Shown piece after piece: positions 43,223 to 61,673 of a DNA stretch of 64,000 nt (position 1 is its first letter; every line of letters starts with the position of its first letter). The notes beneath the pieces were generated by a model. It searched no databases. It was not told the origin of the DNA and saw only the letters and a program-made list of their open reading frames with translations. The stretch comes from Eledone cirrhosa (Eukaryota), in the NCBI GenBank assembly GCA_964016885.1, contig OZ024741.1:29822001-29886000 (forward strand). The letters run 5' to 3'. The translations under genes were made by a program, and so were the position numbers.

Positions 43223-43645
43223 TATTTACGTATCGAGAGAGAGAAAAAAAGGGGAGGATAGGTGATACATATAGTTCTTTGCCAAGTAGCGTATGTCAAT
43301 GGTGCTCGATACTAATGCCGGCAGTATTAAATATTCGAAGTGTTAATATTTAGTGGGCTAGAGAATTAGCAGAGCGTAAGCACGCGGGAAAGTAAGAAAT
43401 CGGAGAATAGACCGTTAAAACATGTTTATTTAAAACAGCACCTACGTACGTTTCGCCCGGTTGGGCTTCTCAAGGGCATAAATAATCAAAAGTGTTCCAT
43501 ACATTGCTCGGAATGAGTTTTTTGGGTTAAATCTACGTCAAGGTTCAATGCTCGCAAAAATACCTTGTTTTGATTTTGCAGCAGGTCAAGGGAGGTAACT
43601 CTGGCCGGTGTTAGGGCAGTCCCCCCCCCCCTTAGAGGATACTGC

Positions 43646-44029
43646 TTGACTGATAGGGTTATATATAGATGCACTATAACTAGCCACAATAGCGTTAAAC
43701 ACTATATAGGGGCTACCTCCGGCCTGTTCAAAATTAGGTTTCGAACACATCTCCACTCCTTCACAAATAAAAAACTAAGACACTCCACTTCGCTCGCGGA
43801 CTACATCACATCACTAAAGGACTTAAACATCAGCTTCTCCACGCACTGGGATATTGTCGGAAGGGCTGCACCGTACAACTTCAAGAGGAAATGCGATCTT
43901 TGCCTCATGGAGCTCTACCACATCATAACTGCACCCCACGAGCTCATCAACAGCAGAGCTAAAACAGCGATAAGTTGTACACATCGCTTAAAAATATCCT
44001 TCTTCAGATGGGTTAAGGATGAAGAGTGA
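43646..44029 (+). pseudogene. PLE GIY-YIG endonuclease fragment
   Basis: VIYRC...YIG...FKIRFRTHLHSF...TSLADYI..LK...W.I...CDLCLME...INSR....SCTH. Confidence 0.88.
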
Positions 44030-44396
44030 AACCGTGCACCGGATCTCCCTGCAACAAGTCTTAACACCCCGGTGGGCGAGCGCTGCAAAATAACACCCAG
44101 GAAACTATCCTTGCATACCAGATCCAGTCTCAAACGACTCAGACAAACAGATGCAGCAAAAGAAAACTCTCAAAATAAGCGTTGATTACATGCGTATCGA
44201 CAATGGTAAGGTTGTAATCTCATCTCGTAGCGGATAAAAAATTTGTCCGAGAAAGACTGCCCTAACCGGCCAGAGTTACCTCCCTTGGCCTGCTGCAAAA
44301 TCAAAACAAGCTATTTTTGCGAGCAATGAACCTTGACGTAGATTTAACCCCCAAAACTCTTTCCGAGCAATGTAAGGAACACTTTTGATTATTTAT

Positions 44397-44435
44397 GTCC
44401 TTGAGAAGCCCAACCGGGCGAAACGTACGTAGGTG
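44397..44435 (+). ncRNA. Hammerhead with U3-A8 core variant (mirror - ~43438-43477)
   Basis: cc-UUGAGAA-gcc caaccg ggc-GAAAC-guac-GUA-gg, with the same core in both arms. Confidence 0.7.
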
Positions 44436-44517
44436 GTGTTTTAAATAAACATGTTTTAACGGTCTATTCTCCGATTTCTTACTCCCCCCCCCCATATATA
44501 TATATATATATATATAG

Positions 44518-45035
44518 TTGTTATATAGTAAGGTGCATTATTGGTTGTGTAATATGGTCCAATAACTTTATGTTAGCAATATTAAGTTCTCCACGATTTT
44601 GTATATCTCCAATTCCATTCGAGGGAACAGCTAGATGATGTAAAACGGAGTATAAGTATCAAAATGAAAATTCGAAGGCAAGGTAAAATTCCAATCATTT
44701 AATCACGACACATGTTTCAATAAGAGATAGATCGATTGTGAAGCCATGATCGATTACCACTGATCTCATTAGGTGAAAATGAATTGCCTTCAAATTCTTG
44801 ATATGAGGGAGAAAACATAACGATGTTCTCTCTTCTAGAATTCATTCCCTCATATTCTGTGAGAGAACATCGTTATGTTTTCTCCCTCATATCAAGAATT
44901 TGAAGACAATTCATTTTCACCTGATGAGATCAGTGATAATCGATCATGGCTTCACAATCGATCTATCTCTTATTGAAACATGTGTCGTGATTAAATGATT
45001 GGAATTTTACCTTGCCTTCGGCTTTTCATTTTGAT
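44518..45035. mobile_element. PLE-type fold-back with HHR (+ 44917-44990)
   Basis: Arms are ~44657-44832 / 44861-45035. HHR reads ucac-CUGAUGA-gau...auu-GAAAC-augu-GUC-guga. Confidence 0.85.
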
Positions 45036-45138
45036 ATATATATATATATACACCTATATATATGCATGTATATATGCTTATATATATGTACAGACATATA
45101 TATGCATATATAAGTATATATACATATATATATATATA

Positions 45139-45358
45139 GTAACGAGTAAGACCCCGACGGCTGAGCTCAAGCCGTTTCGACGGCTAATTCTGGACTAAAA
45201 AAAGTTTTTTTTAATTTTTAGTCCAGAATTAGCCGTCGAAACGGCTTGAGCTCAGCCGTCGGGGTCCTACTCGTTCACATTACCCACTCTACTACCCTAA
45301 GTATTGAGTACTTGGTGCGTTATGGTCCACCTGGTTCCTTACCACATTTCCTTCGTTA
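45139..45358. mobile_element. Small fold-back of the 34.3-kb PLE family
   Basis: Arms are 45141-45200 / 45215-45275. The HHR 3' half is followed by the tail hairpin. Confidence 0.82.
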
Positions 45359-45382
45359 TATATATATATATATATATATATA

Positions 45383-45750
45383 CTATGAATAACGATTTCT
45401 AAACTCAAACAGTCCTTTACAATGAAATAGCTCAAAGTAAGAAGTATTTCTGAGCCGTGTAATACAAGTTAATATAAATTAATATATATGATAAACACAA
45501 ATACCAACATATAAGTGTTTGTATTGTAAATGACTAAGTTAGCTAGATTGAAAAATACTAATTATAATAATACAGTTTGGCCATTTGCCAAAATGATTTG
45601 TTTTTATTGATTTATTATTTTAAATGGAGACAGGCAAACTGTATTATTATAATTAGTATTTTTCAATCTAGCTAACTTAGTAATTTACAATACAAACACT
45701 TATATGTTGGTATTTGTGTTTATCATATATATTAATTTATATTAACTAGT
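45383..45750. mobile_element. Fold-back member of the 28.7-kb family
   Basis: Arms are ~45468-45580 / 45633-45748, and the sequence matches 29130-29340. Confidence 0.78.
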
Positions 45751-45812
45751 ATATATATATATATCACGATAAATTAACGGAGCCAAAGACTCTCGTCATT
45801 CCCAGTAAATAA

Positions 45813-45918
45813 TTGTTTCTGATTCAGGCACAAGGCCAGCAATTATCCAGTACATTACTGGTACTTTATTTTATCGACCCCGTAAGGATGAAAGGCAAAG
45901 TTGACCTCGGCGAGGTTA
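45813..45918 (-). mobile_element. tRNA-SINE fragment
   Basis: Matches 28405-28505. Confidence 0.75.
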
Positions 45919-46181
45919 ATGAACCGAGGTTATTTCATTTCTGTTAACAACTTACTGCTGAAACAGATCACTTTAGATTTGTACGTGTGTTATATAGTAA
46001 TAGAGGTATTTATTTATAATTATCGTGTGTATACTCTGCCTTTCACAGGTTATAGATTCCATACACTGGTGGTTTTTCCCTGTTTTATTGATAGCGCACT
46101 GTATCTCCCTCTAGTATATTACCTTTTCAACATATTGTATTTTATATATATATATATATATTATATATATATGTATGTATG

Positions 46182-46255
<74 letters not shown>

Positions 46256-46256
46256 C

Positions 46257-46337
<81 letters not shown>

Positions 46338-46344
<7 letters not shown>

Positions 46345-47094
46345 AGGTAAATATCTCTCTGAGTGCTAAGTACCGAGAGAGATATATAGTGTGTCTATAA
46401 TATAATTGGTGTTCAATGGTACTACTTTGAGATACCAGAACTATAAAAATTAAGAAGAGCTGAACAAACAAACATTAAACAATTCTTTTAAAAAAATTAA
46501 AAAAATCTTTAACCTTTTGTAAAGCGAAACCGCCGGTAATAGCATTATGAACTGGTAAATATTTAAATCATTTTTTAAATTCTTTTTAAAGAATTATTTA
46601 ATGTTTGTTTGTTCTGCTCTTCTTAATTTTTATATCTCGAATTAGTACCATTGAACAATTATATTATAGACATACTATATATCTATATGGGTACTTAGTA
46701 CTCAGAGAGATATTTACCTCATTTTATGAATTTTTTTTAACTATGGTGAGAAACAACATCCGTTGCTGCTTACTGCTATTTTTTTTAGCAGAATAACCAT
46801 CAAAGAGTCTGTAATATTTCCCGCTTTTTTAGTGGCCAGTTCATGTGTGGGTCATTCTAACGGCCTTACTCACACTAGCTGGGAGTTGGCAATATATTTT
46901 CAGATGGTGAGACTAGTTCCTACTCTATGGAAATAGCTATCTGATGAACTTTACTTTTCCGTTAGAAATTCTCCGAATCTCTAACCTTTTGTAAAGCGAA
47001 ACCGCCGGTAATAGCATTATGAACGGGTGAATATTTAAATCATTTAAAAAAATATTTTAAAAGAATTGTGTAATGTTTGTTCTGCTCTTTTTAA

Positions 47095-47100
<6 letters not shown>
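46338..47100. mobile_element. Non-coding PLE-type element: inverted piece plus partial tandem (~470-bp period), HHR at + 46936-47015
   Basis: gcuau-CUGAUGA-acuuuac...guaaagc-GAAAC-cgccg-GUA-auagc. 46510-46630 is repeated at 46982-47100, and 46338-46508 is inverted. Confidence 0.85.
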
Positions 47101-47153
<53 letters not shown>

Positions 47154-47741
47154 GTGTGTGTAAGTGTATGTATATGTGAGATGATAATGTCTGTTTTTAG
47201 GTTTGTGTTTATGCCTAACTTTATATATCTATATACTGAAACGAAGAAGTCCGACAGAAATATGTCCGACTTGAAATACTAAGAAAGGAGGTCGATGTGA
47301 TTGACTGATAATGAAGACATAGTCACAGACAGATGAATATATATATGTGTGCTTGGGTGCTTGGGTGTCTCCAAAATATTTCAACATGCGTGTGCAAGTC
47401 GTTGGTTTATAAATCATGCACACATCCATGATGGAGTGATATTAACAATTGAGCGTAAATTTCCAGTCGGTGACAGCCCAGATATTCACAATCATCACTT
47501 CCTATGGATACATAATTTGCTGCAACACAGTTTCCATTCACTTCACATCAGATATATTTCTAATACAAATGCTCCGGCTACATACATATCTTTATTTTAA
47601 TTTTCTATTCGCTTCCTCAAACAATCTATGGTAGCTATGTTCAGGCATATAAAATTGGTTATTGTGATTAATTCAAAGCGAGACAGCACCAGTCTATTTT
47701 TCGAGACTTCTGTTCGTGGGTGGGGATCATACATATATATA

Positions 47742-47858
<117 letters not shown>

Positions 47859-47909
47859 CATTATATATATATACATATATATATATTTATATATATATGT
47901 ATATAAGAA

Positions 47910-47948
<39 letters not shown>

Positions 47949-48076
47949 AGAATATAAATATATATAAGATTATATATATCTCTCTATATATAAATGTAAG
48001 TATGTATGCATACGTACATACATATATGTATACAGACGTACAGTAGCATGCATATATATATATATATACATATATA

Positions 48077-48307
48077 TACATTAAAATACATGATAAACAC
48101 AAAACGTGTTTGCATTGCAACAGGCAGTCAGCTATTAATAGCTGACTGTCTGTTGCAATGCAAACACGTTTCGTGTTTATCATGTATTTTGTGTTTATCA
48201 TGTATTTATCATGTATTTTAATGTATGTTTAACTGCTCGGAAATGACCCTTTCCTGGAGCTTAATTATTGTAAAGGACTGAGAGCTTATTCTCAAAATAT
48301 TATATAG
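48077..48307. mobile_element. Small fold-back nested in the (TA)n of the first array unit
   Basis: Palindrome centred near 48136 (cagtcagctattaatagctgactg), with a tail related to 45400-45460. Confidence 0.78.
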
Positions 48308-49228
48308 TATATATATATATACATATATACATACAGGTACACATACATATATGCACGCATCAGTTTAGCGGACGCTTATTATAACGCCGCTTTGTTCGTT
48401 TGTCAACAAACTGAACAGCCTGAATTTATGCCATACGGTGTTATGGCAACCACGTCACGTGTTTGTTCAACACTGACACAGGAACGATGTACTAGTTTGA
48501 AGCTTGTTAGCTATCATCAGCACCGTTTACCCATCTGCCAGAGAGTTGAACGTTGGAAAGTATATACATTCCTTATGAAAATTAATGGCTGAGCAGCCTA
48601 ATTTGCATATTGAGTGAGTTAAATCGGTCAGGCATACCGAAAACGATAAGTTGAAAAAAAAAATGAAAACGAAATTTCATTTCTCACTCTTAGTATGGCA
48701 CTTACTTAAATGTAAGTATGTATGCATACGTACATACATATATGTATACAGACGTACAGTAGCATGCATATATATATATATACATATATACATACAGGTA
48801 CACATACATATATGCACGCATCAGTTTAGCGGACACTTATTATAACGCCGCTTTGTTCGTTTGTCAACAAACTGAACAGCCTGAATTTATGCCATACGGT
48901 GTTAAGGCAACCACGTCACCTTTTTGTTCAACAGTGACACAGGAACGATGTACTAGTTTCAAGCTTGTTAGCTATCATCAGCACCGTTTACCCATCTGCC
49001 AGATAGTTGAACGTTCGAAAGTATTTACTTTCCTTATGAAAATTAACGGCTGAGCAGCCGAATTTGCATATTGAGTGAGTTAAATCGGTCAGGCATACCG
49101 AAAACGATAAGCTGAAAAAAAAATTGAAAACGAAATTTCATTTCTCACTCTTAGTATGGCACTTACTTAAATGTATGTATGTATGCATACGTACATTCAT
49201 ATATGTATACAGACGTACAGTAGCATGC

Positions 49229-49261
<33 letters not shown>

Positions 49262-49700
49262 TACATACAGGTACACATACATATATGCACGCATCAGTTT
49301 AGCGGAAGCTTATTATAACGCCGCTTTGTTCGTTTGTCAACAAACTGAACAGCCTGAATTTATGCCATACGGTGTTAAGGCAACCACGTCACCTTTTTGT
49401 TCAACACTGACACAGGAACGATGTACTGGTTTCAAGCTTGTTAGCTATCATCAGCACCGTTTACCCATCTGCCAGATAGTTGAACGTTCGAAAGTATATA
49501 CTTTCCTTATGAAAATTAACGGCTGAGTAGCCTAATTTGCATATTGAGTGAGTTAAATCGGTCAGGCATACCGAAAACGATAAGTTGAAAAAAAAATGAA
49601 AACGAAATTTCATTTCTCACTCTTAGTATGGCACTTACTTAAATGTAAGTATGTATGCATACGTACATACATATATGTATACAGACGTACAGTAGCATGC

Positions 49701-49763
<63 letters not shown>

Positions 49764-50220
49764 TATAGATATATATATATATATATATACAGGTACACAT
49801 ACATATATGCACGCATCAGTTTAGCGGACGCTTATTATAACGCCGCTTTGTTCGTTTGTCAACAAACTGAACAGCCTGAATTTATGCCATACGGTGTTAA
49901 GTCAACCACGTCAACTTTTTGTTCAACACTGACACAGGAACGATGTACTAGTTTCAAGCTTGTTAGCTATCATCAGCACCGTTTACCCATCTGCCAGAGA
50001 GTTGAACGTTCGAAAGTATATACTTTCCTTATGAAAATTAACGGCTGAGCAGCCTAATTTGCATATTGAGTGAGTTAAATCGGTCAGGCATTACGAAAAC
50101 GATAAGTTGAAAAAAAAAATGAAAACGAAATTTCATTTCTCACTCTTAGTATGGCACTTACTTAAATGTAAGTATGTATGCATACGTACATACATATATG
50201 TATACAGCCGTACAGTAGCA

Positions 50221-50262
<42 letters not shown>

Positions 50263-50477
50263 TACATACAGGTACACATACATATATGCACGCATCATTT
50301 ATATATATATATATATATGCATGCTACTGTACGTCTGTATACATATATGTATGTACGTATGCATACATACTTACATTTAAGTAAGTGCCATACTAAGAGT
50401 GAGAAATGAAATTTCGTTTTCATCTTTTTTTTCAACTTATCGTTTTCGGTATGCCTGACCGATTTAACTCACTCAAT

Positions 50478-50525
50478 ATGCAAATTAGGCTGCTCAGCCG
50501 TTAATTTTCATGAGGAAAGTATATA
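50478..50525 (+). promoter_or_regulatory. Putative snRNA-type promoter cassette (octamer ATGCAAAT, PSE-like segment, TATATA), present in every unit
   Basis: ATGCAAAT at 50478-50485 and TATATA at 50520-50525, with HHR stem I starting at 50559. The octamer is also intact at 12331, 12658, 48601, 49062, 49535 and 50057. Confidence 0.4.
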
Positions 50526-50759
50526 CTTTCGAACGTTCAACTATCTGGCAGATGGGTAAACGGTGCTGCTGATAGCTAACAAGCTTGAAACTAGTACATC
50601 GTTCCTGGGTCAGTGTTTGAACAAAAAAGTGACGTGGTTGCCTTAACACCGTATGGCATAAATTCAGGCTGTTCCGTTCGTTGACAAACGAACAAAGCGG
50701 CGTTATAATAAGTGTCCGCTAAACTGATGCGTGCATATATGTATGTGTACCTGTATGTA

Positions 50760-50813
<54 letters not shown>

Positions 50814-50954
50814 TGCTACTGTACGTCTGTATACATATATGTATGTACATATGTATACATACTTACATTTAAGTAAGTGCCATACTAAGAGTGAGAAATG
50901 AAATTTCGTTTTCATTTTTTTTTTCAACTTCTCTATATATATATATGTATATAA

Positions 50955-57205
<6,251 letters not shown>

Positions 57206-57359
57206 GTCTCTAACTTAAGTACTGTTACACACACATACACACAAACACACATATGTCTCTAAGTACGTAAACACATGCACTGGCACACATACACATACAG
57301 ATAACTGTGAAAGAGAGAGAAAGAAATAACGTTATGGATAGGGGGAGAGTTTAAATAAA

Positions 57360-58100
57360 TAAAAGTTGGACACGTTTTCCAAGTCGTTCCAATACATCTT
57401 TTATAAAGTACGATTAAGTGTCTGGCCTGGAAGTAAAAGTCCACGGCTCTTGAATAAAAATGATAATCATCGTTTTCACCTTGGATCTGCTCAGACGTGG
57501 AGAAATGTTCGTGTTCCTCTCCGTAATTAGCCGTTTTGTCTCTGGATCGTACTCGAGCACCCACGATTCATCTCCTGTTATTACTTTATGCAAGAACTAG
57601 GCTCCTTTTGAAGTTGTTCTGGCACCACTGGTTAAATTGACTTCGTATATTGATGAGATTGGCCTTCCAGAACGAAGTTCATTTTCAACATTTTCTTATC
57701 ACTCTTTGAAAGATTTGTGCTACTTTCAAACAGTAGTTCTCGATAAGGTGTTATTTCTACAAGCTCGTGTAAAAATATTAAATATTTCCGTGGCACATTT
57801 GTTGAGTTTCTTACATAATTTCATTGCGACCTTCAATATTTTCCTGCATCGCAAACGTAACAGAGGTTATAAACACACCTTTACATAAACAGCAATAACT
57901 CACGACTGACTATATTGAAACAAGTATGTACGTGCAGCCAAGGTCATAACTAACTCGCCCTTAATAGGAGGGCTGGAATAGGTGAGGGTCGATGGTGGTG
58001 GGAAATCGGTTGTTCTTCTAGGTTCCCTCCGTTGGTTTTAAAAACAACAACAACATTCGTCGTCTAATTTACATATTGTGACCCCAACCCATTCTATTTA
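57360..58100 (-). mobile_element. Mariner (Tc1/mariner) remnant, 5' region plus internally deleted transposase
   Basis: Hand translation gives FLHKVITGDESWVLEYDPETKR and, upstream, ENVENELRSGRP. Confidence 0.78.
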
Positions 58101-59771
58101 TTTTATAATGGATGGTATTTCTAGTAATGTACTTTTTGTCTTGTATAATGTTTTTTTAATATCTAAATAAAATTAATAGTCGCAGGAATGTTACTACTTA
58201 AAATAAAATTTCGCCGGAGATGAATTAGCAACATTTAATAAGCCTCTGTCCAGATCAAATTCATCGTAGAATATGCTGCGGAAAATTGATTCATTCATGA
58301 TATGATTTCTGCTGACATCATTGCATCATGTACTTCAAAGTCTTGGATTTTTAGGTGGAGTATGTTTTGTTAGTATGTAAGACCAACAGTACCAATTTGT
58401 AGTGTGTTATTACCTATATGGACGGCAAGAAGAGATAATTCACGTGTATCAACAAAGGAAAGCCAAGACTCAGAATTCTGATTGGATCTTACGGTTGTCT
58501 TATGAAGGTGGATTTGAAATAAGTTTTCGAGTTTGTTTCCAAAGCCATTTAATATAAATAAAAATAACATTATCCTGTTTGATTTACAACAATATCCTCA
58601 TGTTTGCGCCATAAGTATCTTGGAAGAACGGTATAGAGTTGGCACATGAAAACAAGGAGAAAATACGCAGGAGACAAAATCATGTGAAGCAAGAAGATAG
58701 CGGTTTGTCATAGTGTAGGATGGGGTGGGTTTGTTGATAGATTCACAGTTGCCTGCCCTTTTAGCATTAACTAAAGAATGATAACAGCAGTGATACATGA
58801 AGTGGAAATAGAAGAGAATCCTTCATCATCAGAATAGGTGAAAAGAGTGACGTAAAGCACAAAACAGACAGCGAATAATAACCTCTCATTGAATAGTAAA
58901 AATATATAATAACTCCATAGATCACATGGTTACAACTGCAATTAGTTTGGTGTTATAACAAAATGGACAACTGAGGAAGAAATTCCTTTATTTATTGAGC
59001 ACCCAAAGAACTGAACTTATTTCGAAGTAACATCAAATGTTTCAAGCACCACAGGAATATGGAGATTTCATTGTCAGACTCATTTAACAGTTTATTGAGG
59101 AAGTGTCTCGAAGTGCAATTCAACGTGTAAGATATAACTACGAGTATTTAAATAGTCTAATACTTCTGAATGGGAAGATAACCAGGCAATCTGATAGTGA
59201 GATAATAATACAAATGAAAGGTTAAACGACTTTATGTGTCAATTAGTAAAATGTACGCATTTATGAGAACTCAACAATACTGTTGGGCGTCGTAACGGTC
59301 TTGGTGAATATATAATTAAAATGTTATTATGGAATATATGACAATATTGTTACGCTAGTTAATTGGCTTAACGAGACTATGTATGAAAGCTAGCATTGAT
59401 TACTAGAATTCCGCTAGGTATCAGCAACTGACTTTATGATTGACAAAGGCAATATTAGAAAGATTGAGATTCATTTCTTCATATATTCGCATGCAGACGT
59501 CATTCAAATTCCAACGATGCTGAGATGGTTAAATCTGATTAGAAAGATGTATGCGTAACAGAAATAATAAGAATTATACATATACATACACATAAATACT
59601 CGAATATATTCATGTAATCACACGCTCAGTCACCCTATATCTTTTAAACACACGCACAAACATAAAAACCCATGCTTGAACATGTGTGAGTGTAGCTATT
59701 AAAATATATGCTATATATATACACGTTTGTAAACTTCCTAATTATTATTAGTTCCTTTCTCACTGTGGTTA

Positions 59772-59855
<84 letters not shown>

Positions 59856-59880
59856 CATTACTAGAAATACCATTCGTTAT

Positions 59881-60183
59881 AAAATAGATAGAATGGGTTG
59901 GGGTCTCAATATGTAAATTAGACGACTAATTCTGTTCTTGTTTTTTAAACCAACGGAGGCAACCAGAAAAACAACCGATTTTCCACCACCATCGACCCTC
60001 ACTTATTCCAGCCCTCCTATTAAGGACGAGTTAGACCTTGGCTGCACCTACATACTTGTTTCATAATCAGGTGAGTCAGTCGTGAGTTATTGCTGTTTAT
60101 TTAAAGGTGTGTTTATAACCTCTGTTACGTTTGTGATGCAGGAAAATATTGAAGAAAGGTCACAATGAAATTTTGTAAGAAAT
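59881..60183 (+). mobile_element. Second, oppositely oriented copy of the mariner 5' region, ending at a SINE
   Basis: Reverse-complement match to ~57808-58100. Confidence 0.75.
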
Positions 60184-60275
60184 CTCGGCGGGATTTGAAC
60201 TCAGAATGACAAGGGCCATAACTCTATGCGTCAAAGCATGGCGTCCGACCCTCTACCGACACTGCCAATCCACTG
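60184..60275 (-). mobile_element. tRNA-SINE head
   Basis: ctcggcgggatttgaactcaga matches 28498-28519. Confidence 0.75.
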
Positions 60276-60741
60276 CTATTTGATTTTCACTCATATCTAC
60301 TCATTGTTGAGTACATTATTTACTGTTTAACCGCGATTTAACTTGGAATCCACACCCACACACACGGACAGCCATACACACACAGAAACACACAGATACA
60401 GATACACACACATACACTTATGTATATATCTATATAATCACACGAATGAATAAAATATATGGATGAACTCTGGAAAATGAACAACAGACATTTGACCCAG
60501 CTCATCAGCATGATATACGTTGTTTCGGTTTTCTAAAGGACAATACAACTGGCTCTAGTGAACAAGGGGCAGTAGAAAATAGATAGAAAATAGATAGAAA
60601 ATAGATACAAAACAAGACGATAATCTTAGCAAATAATTTCAAATAATAACAAATTTACATTTAGTCACTTTCAATTCTGTAAAGGTGTAAGATTAGATAA
60701 TTTGATGTCTCTCATTGATGATTCAAATTAAGAAGGAGAGA

Positions 60742-60783
60742 AGCTAACAGTCTGTTTCACGGACTTTGGCGATCATCAGAGCC
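60742..60783 (-). ncRNA. Minimal type I hammerhead
   Basis: ggcu-CUGAUGA-ucg ccaaaguc cgu-GAAAC-agacu-GUU-agcu. Confidence 0.7.
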
Positions 60784-60916
60784 ACGCAACCCCTGCTTCC
60801 GGCGAAAATTATAGTAGTTGGATTCTTATAGAATTCTAGTAATAATCAGGAGCTGATTATACAGAGCGATTGCCGGTCCAGCAAAAATTAAGTATTAGGA
60901 TTGGTGCTATGAAATT

Positions 60917-60962
<46 letters not shown>

Positions 60963-61029
60963 ATGGTAACAGGATGTTATTGTAAGTTCACCCAAGTGAG
61001 CATTCGGTGTTTAGGTTTACGTCAGTAGA

Positions 61030-61114
61030 GGTCCGACGAGCTTTTGATTCGAGAGTCGGGCCAGATCGATACAGATCGAATCTTGTGGTGATCAATAGCG
61101 AAACGCGCGTCACC
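61030..61114 (+). ncRNA. Hammerhead-like motif with U4C core change
   Basis: ggu-CCGACGA-gcuuuugau...aucaauagc-GAAAC-gcgc-GUC-acc. Confidence 0.6.
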
Positions 61115-61151
61115 AACCATTAAACGTAATGAAGGAGTAACCATTCGTCTT

Positions 61152-61343
<192 letters not shown>

Positions 61344-61369
61344 AAGACGAATGGTTACTCCTTCATTAC

Positions 61370-61399
<30 letters not shown>

Positions 61400-61403
<4 letters not shown>

Positions 61404-61522
61404 GTGGCTGAGTGGTTAGAGAATTGGATTCGCAATCGTAAGGTTGTGAGTTCGATACCGTGAGCAATCGTAAGGTTGTGAGTTCGATGTCCTTGAGCAA
61501 GACACTTTATTTCACGTTGCTC
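61400..61522 (+). mobile_element. tRNA-derived SINE head (second family) with internal duplication
   Basis: A box TGGCTGAGTGG and B box GAGTTCGAT. gcaatcgtaaggttgtgagttcgat occurs twice. Confidence 0.7.
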
Positions 61523-61620
61523 CTTCTACCTGGAGTTGCGACCGATAGATAGTATTAGCAATTGGAAAGACCAACGGAAACATTGTTCCCTCGGTCCGAT
61601 TTGACGAAAGTCGATCGTTT

Positions 61621-61673
<53 letters not shown>

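Larger units (their letters stand above)
43220..44485. mobile_element. PLE with inverted pseudo-LTRs (~43388-43622 / 44255-44482) around a GIY-YIG fragment
   Basis: Inverted ~230-bp arms, each with an HHR, and (TA)n flanks. Confidence 0.85.
47992..50930. repeat. Tandem array of a ~460-520-bp HHR-containing unit (about 4.7 units, then ~1.3 inverted units)
   Basis: Minus-strand HHRs at 48483-48527, 48944-48988, 49417-49461 and 49939-49983, plus a + strand HHR at 50559-50603. Unit length varies through an internal (TA)n. Confidence 0.92.

Noticed and set aside
48392-50048. Repeated 66-aa ORF MFVCQQTEQPEF...
   Set aside because: It has a non-ATG start, lies antisense to the HHR and is not preserved in the 12-kb copies, so it is a by-product of the tandem repeat.
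47992-50930. CRISPR-like periodicity
   Set aside because: Whole units are repeated with no unique spacers, and the context is eukaryotic.
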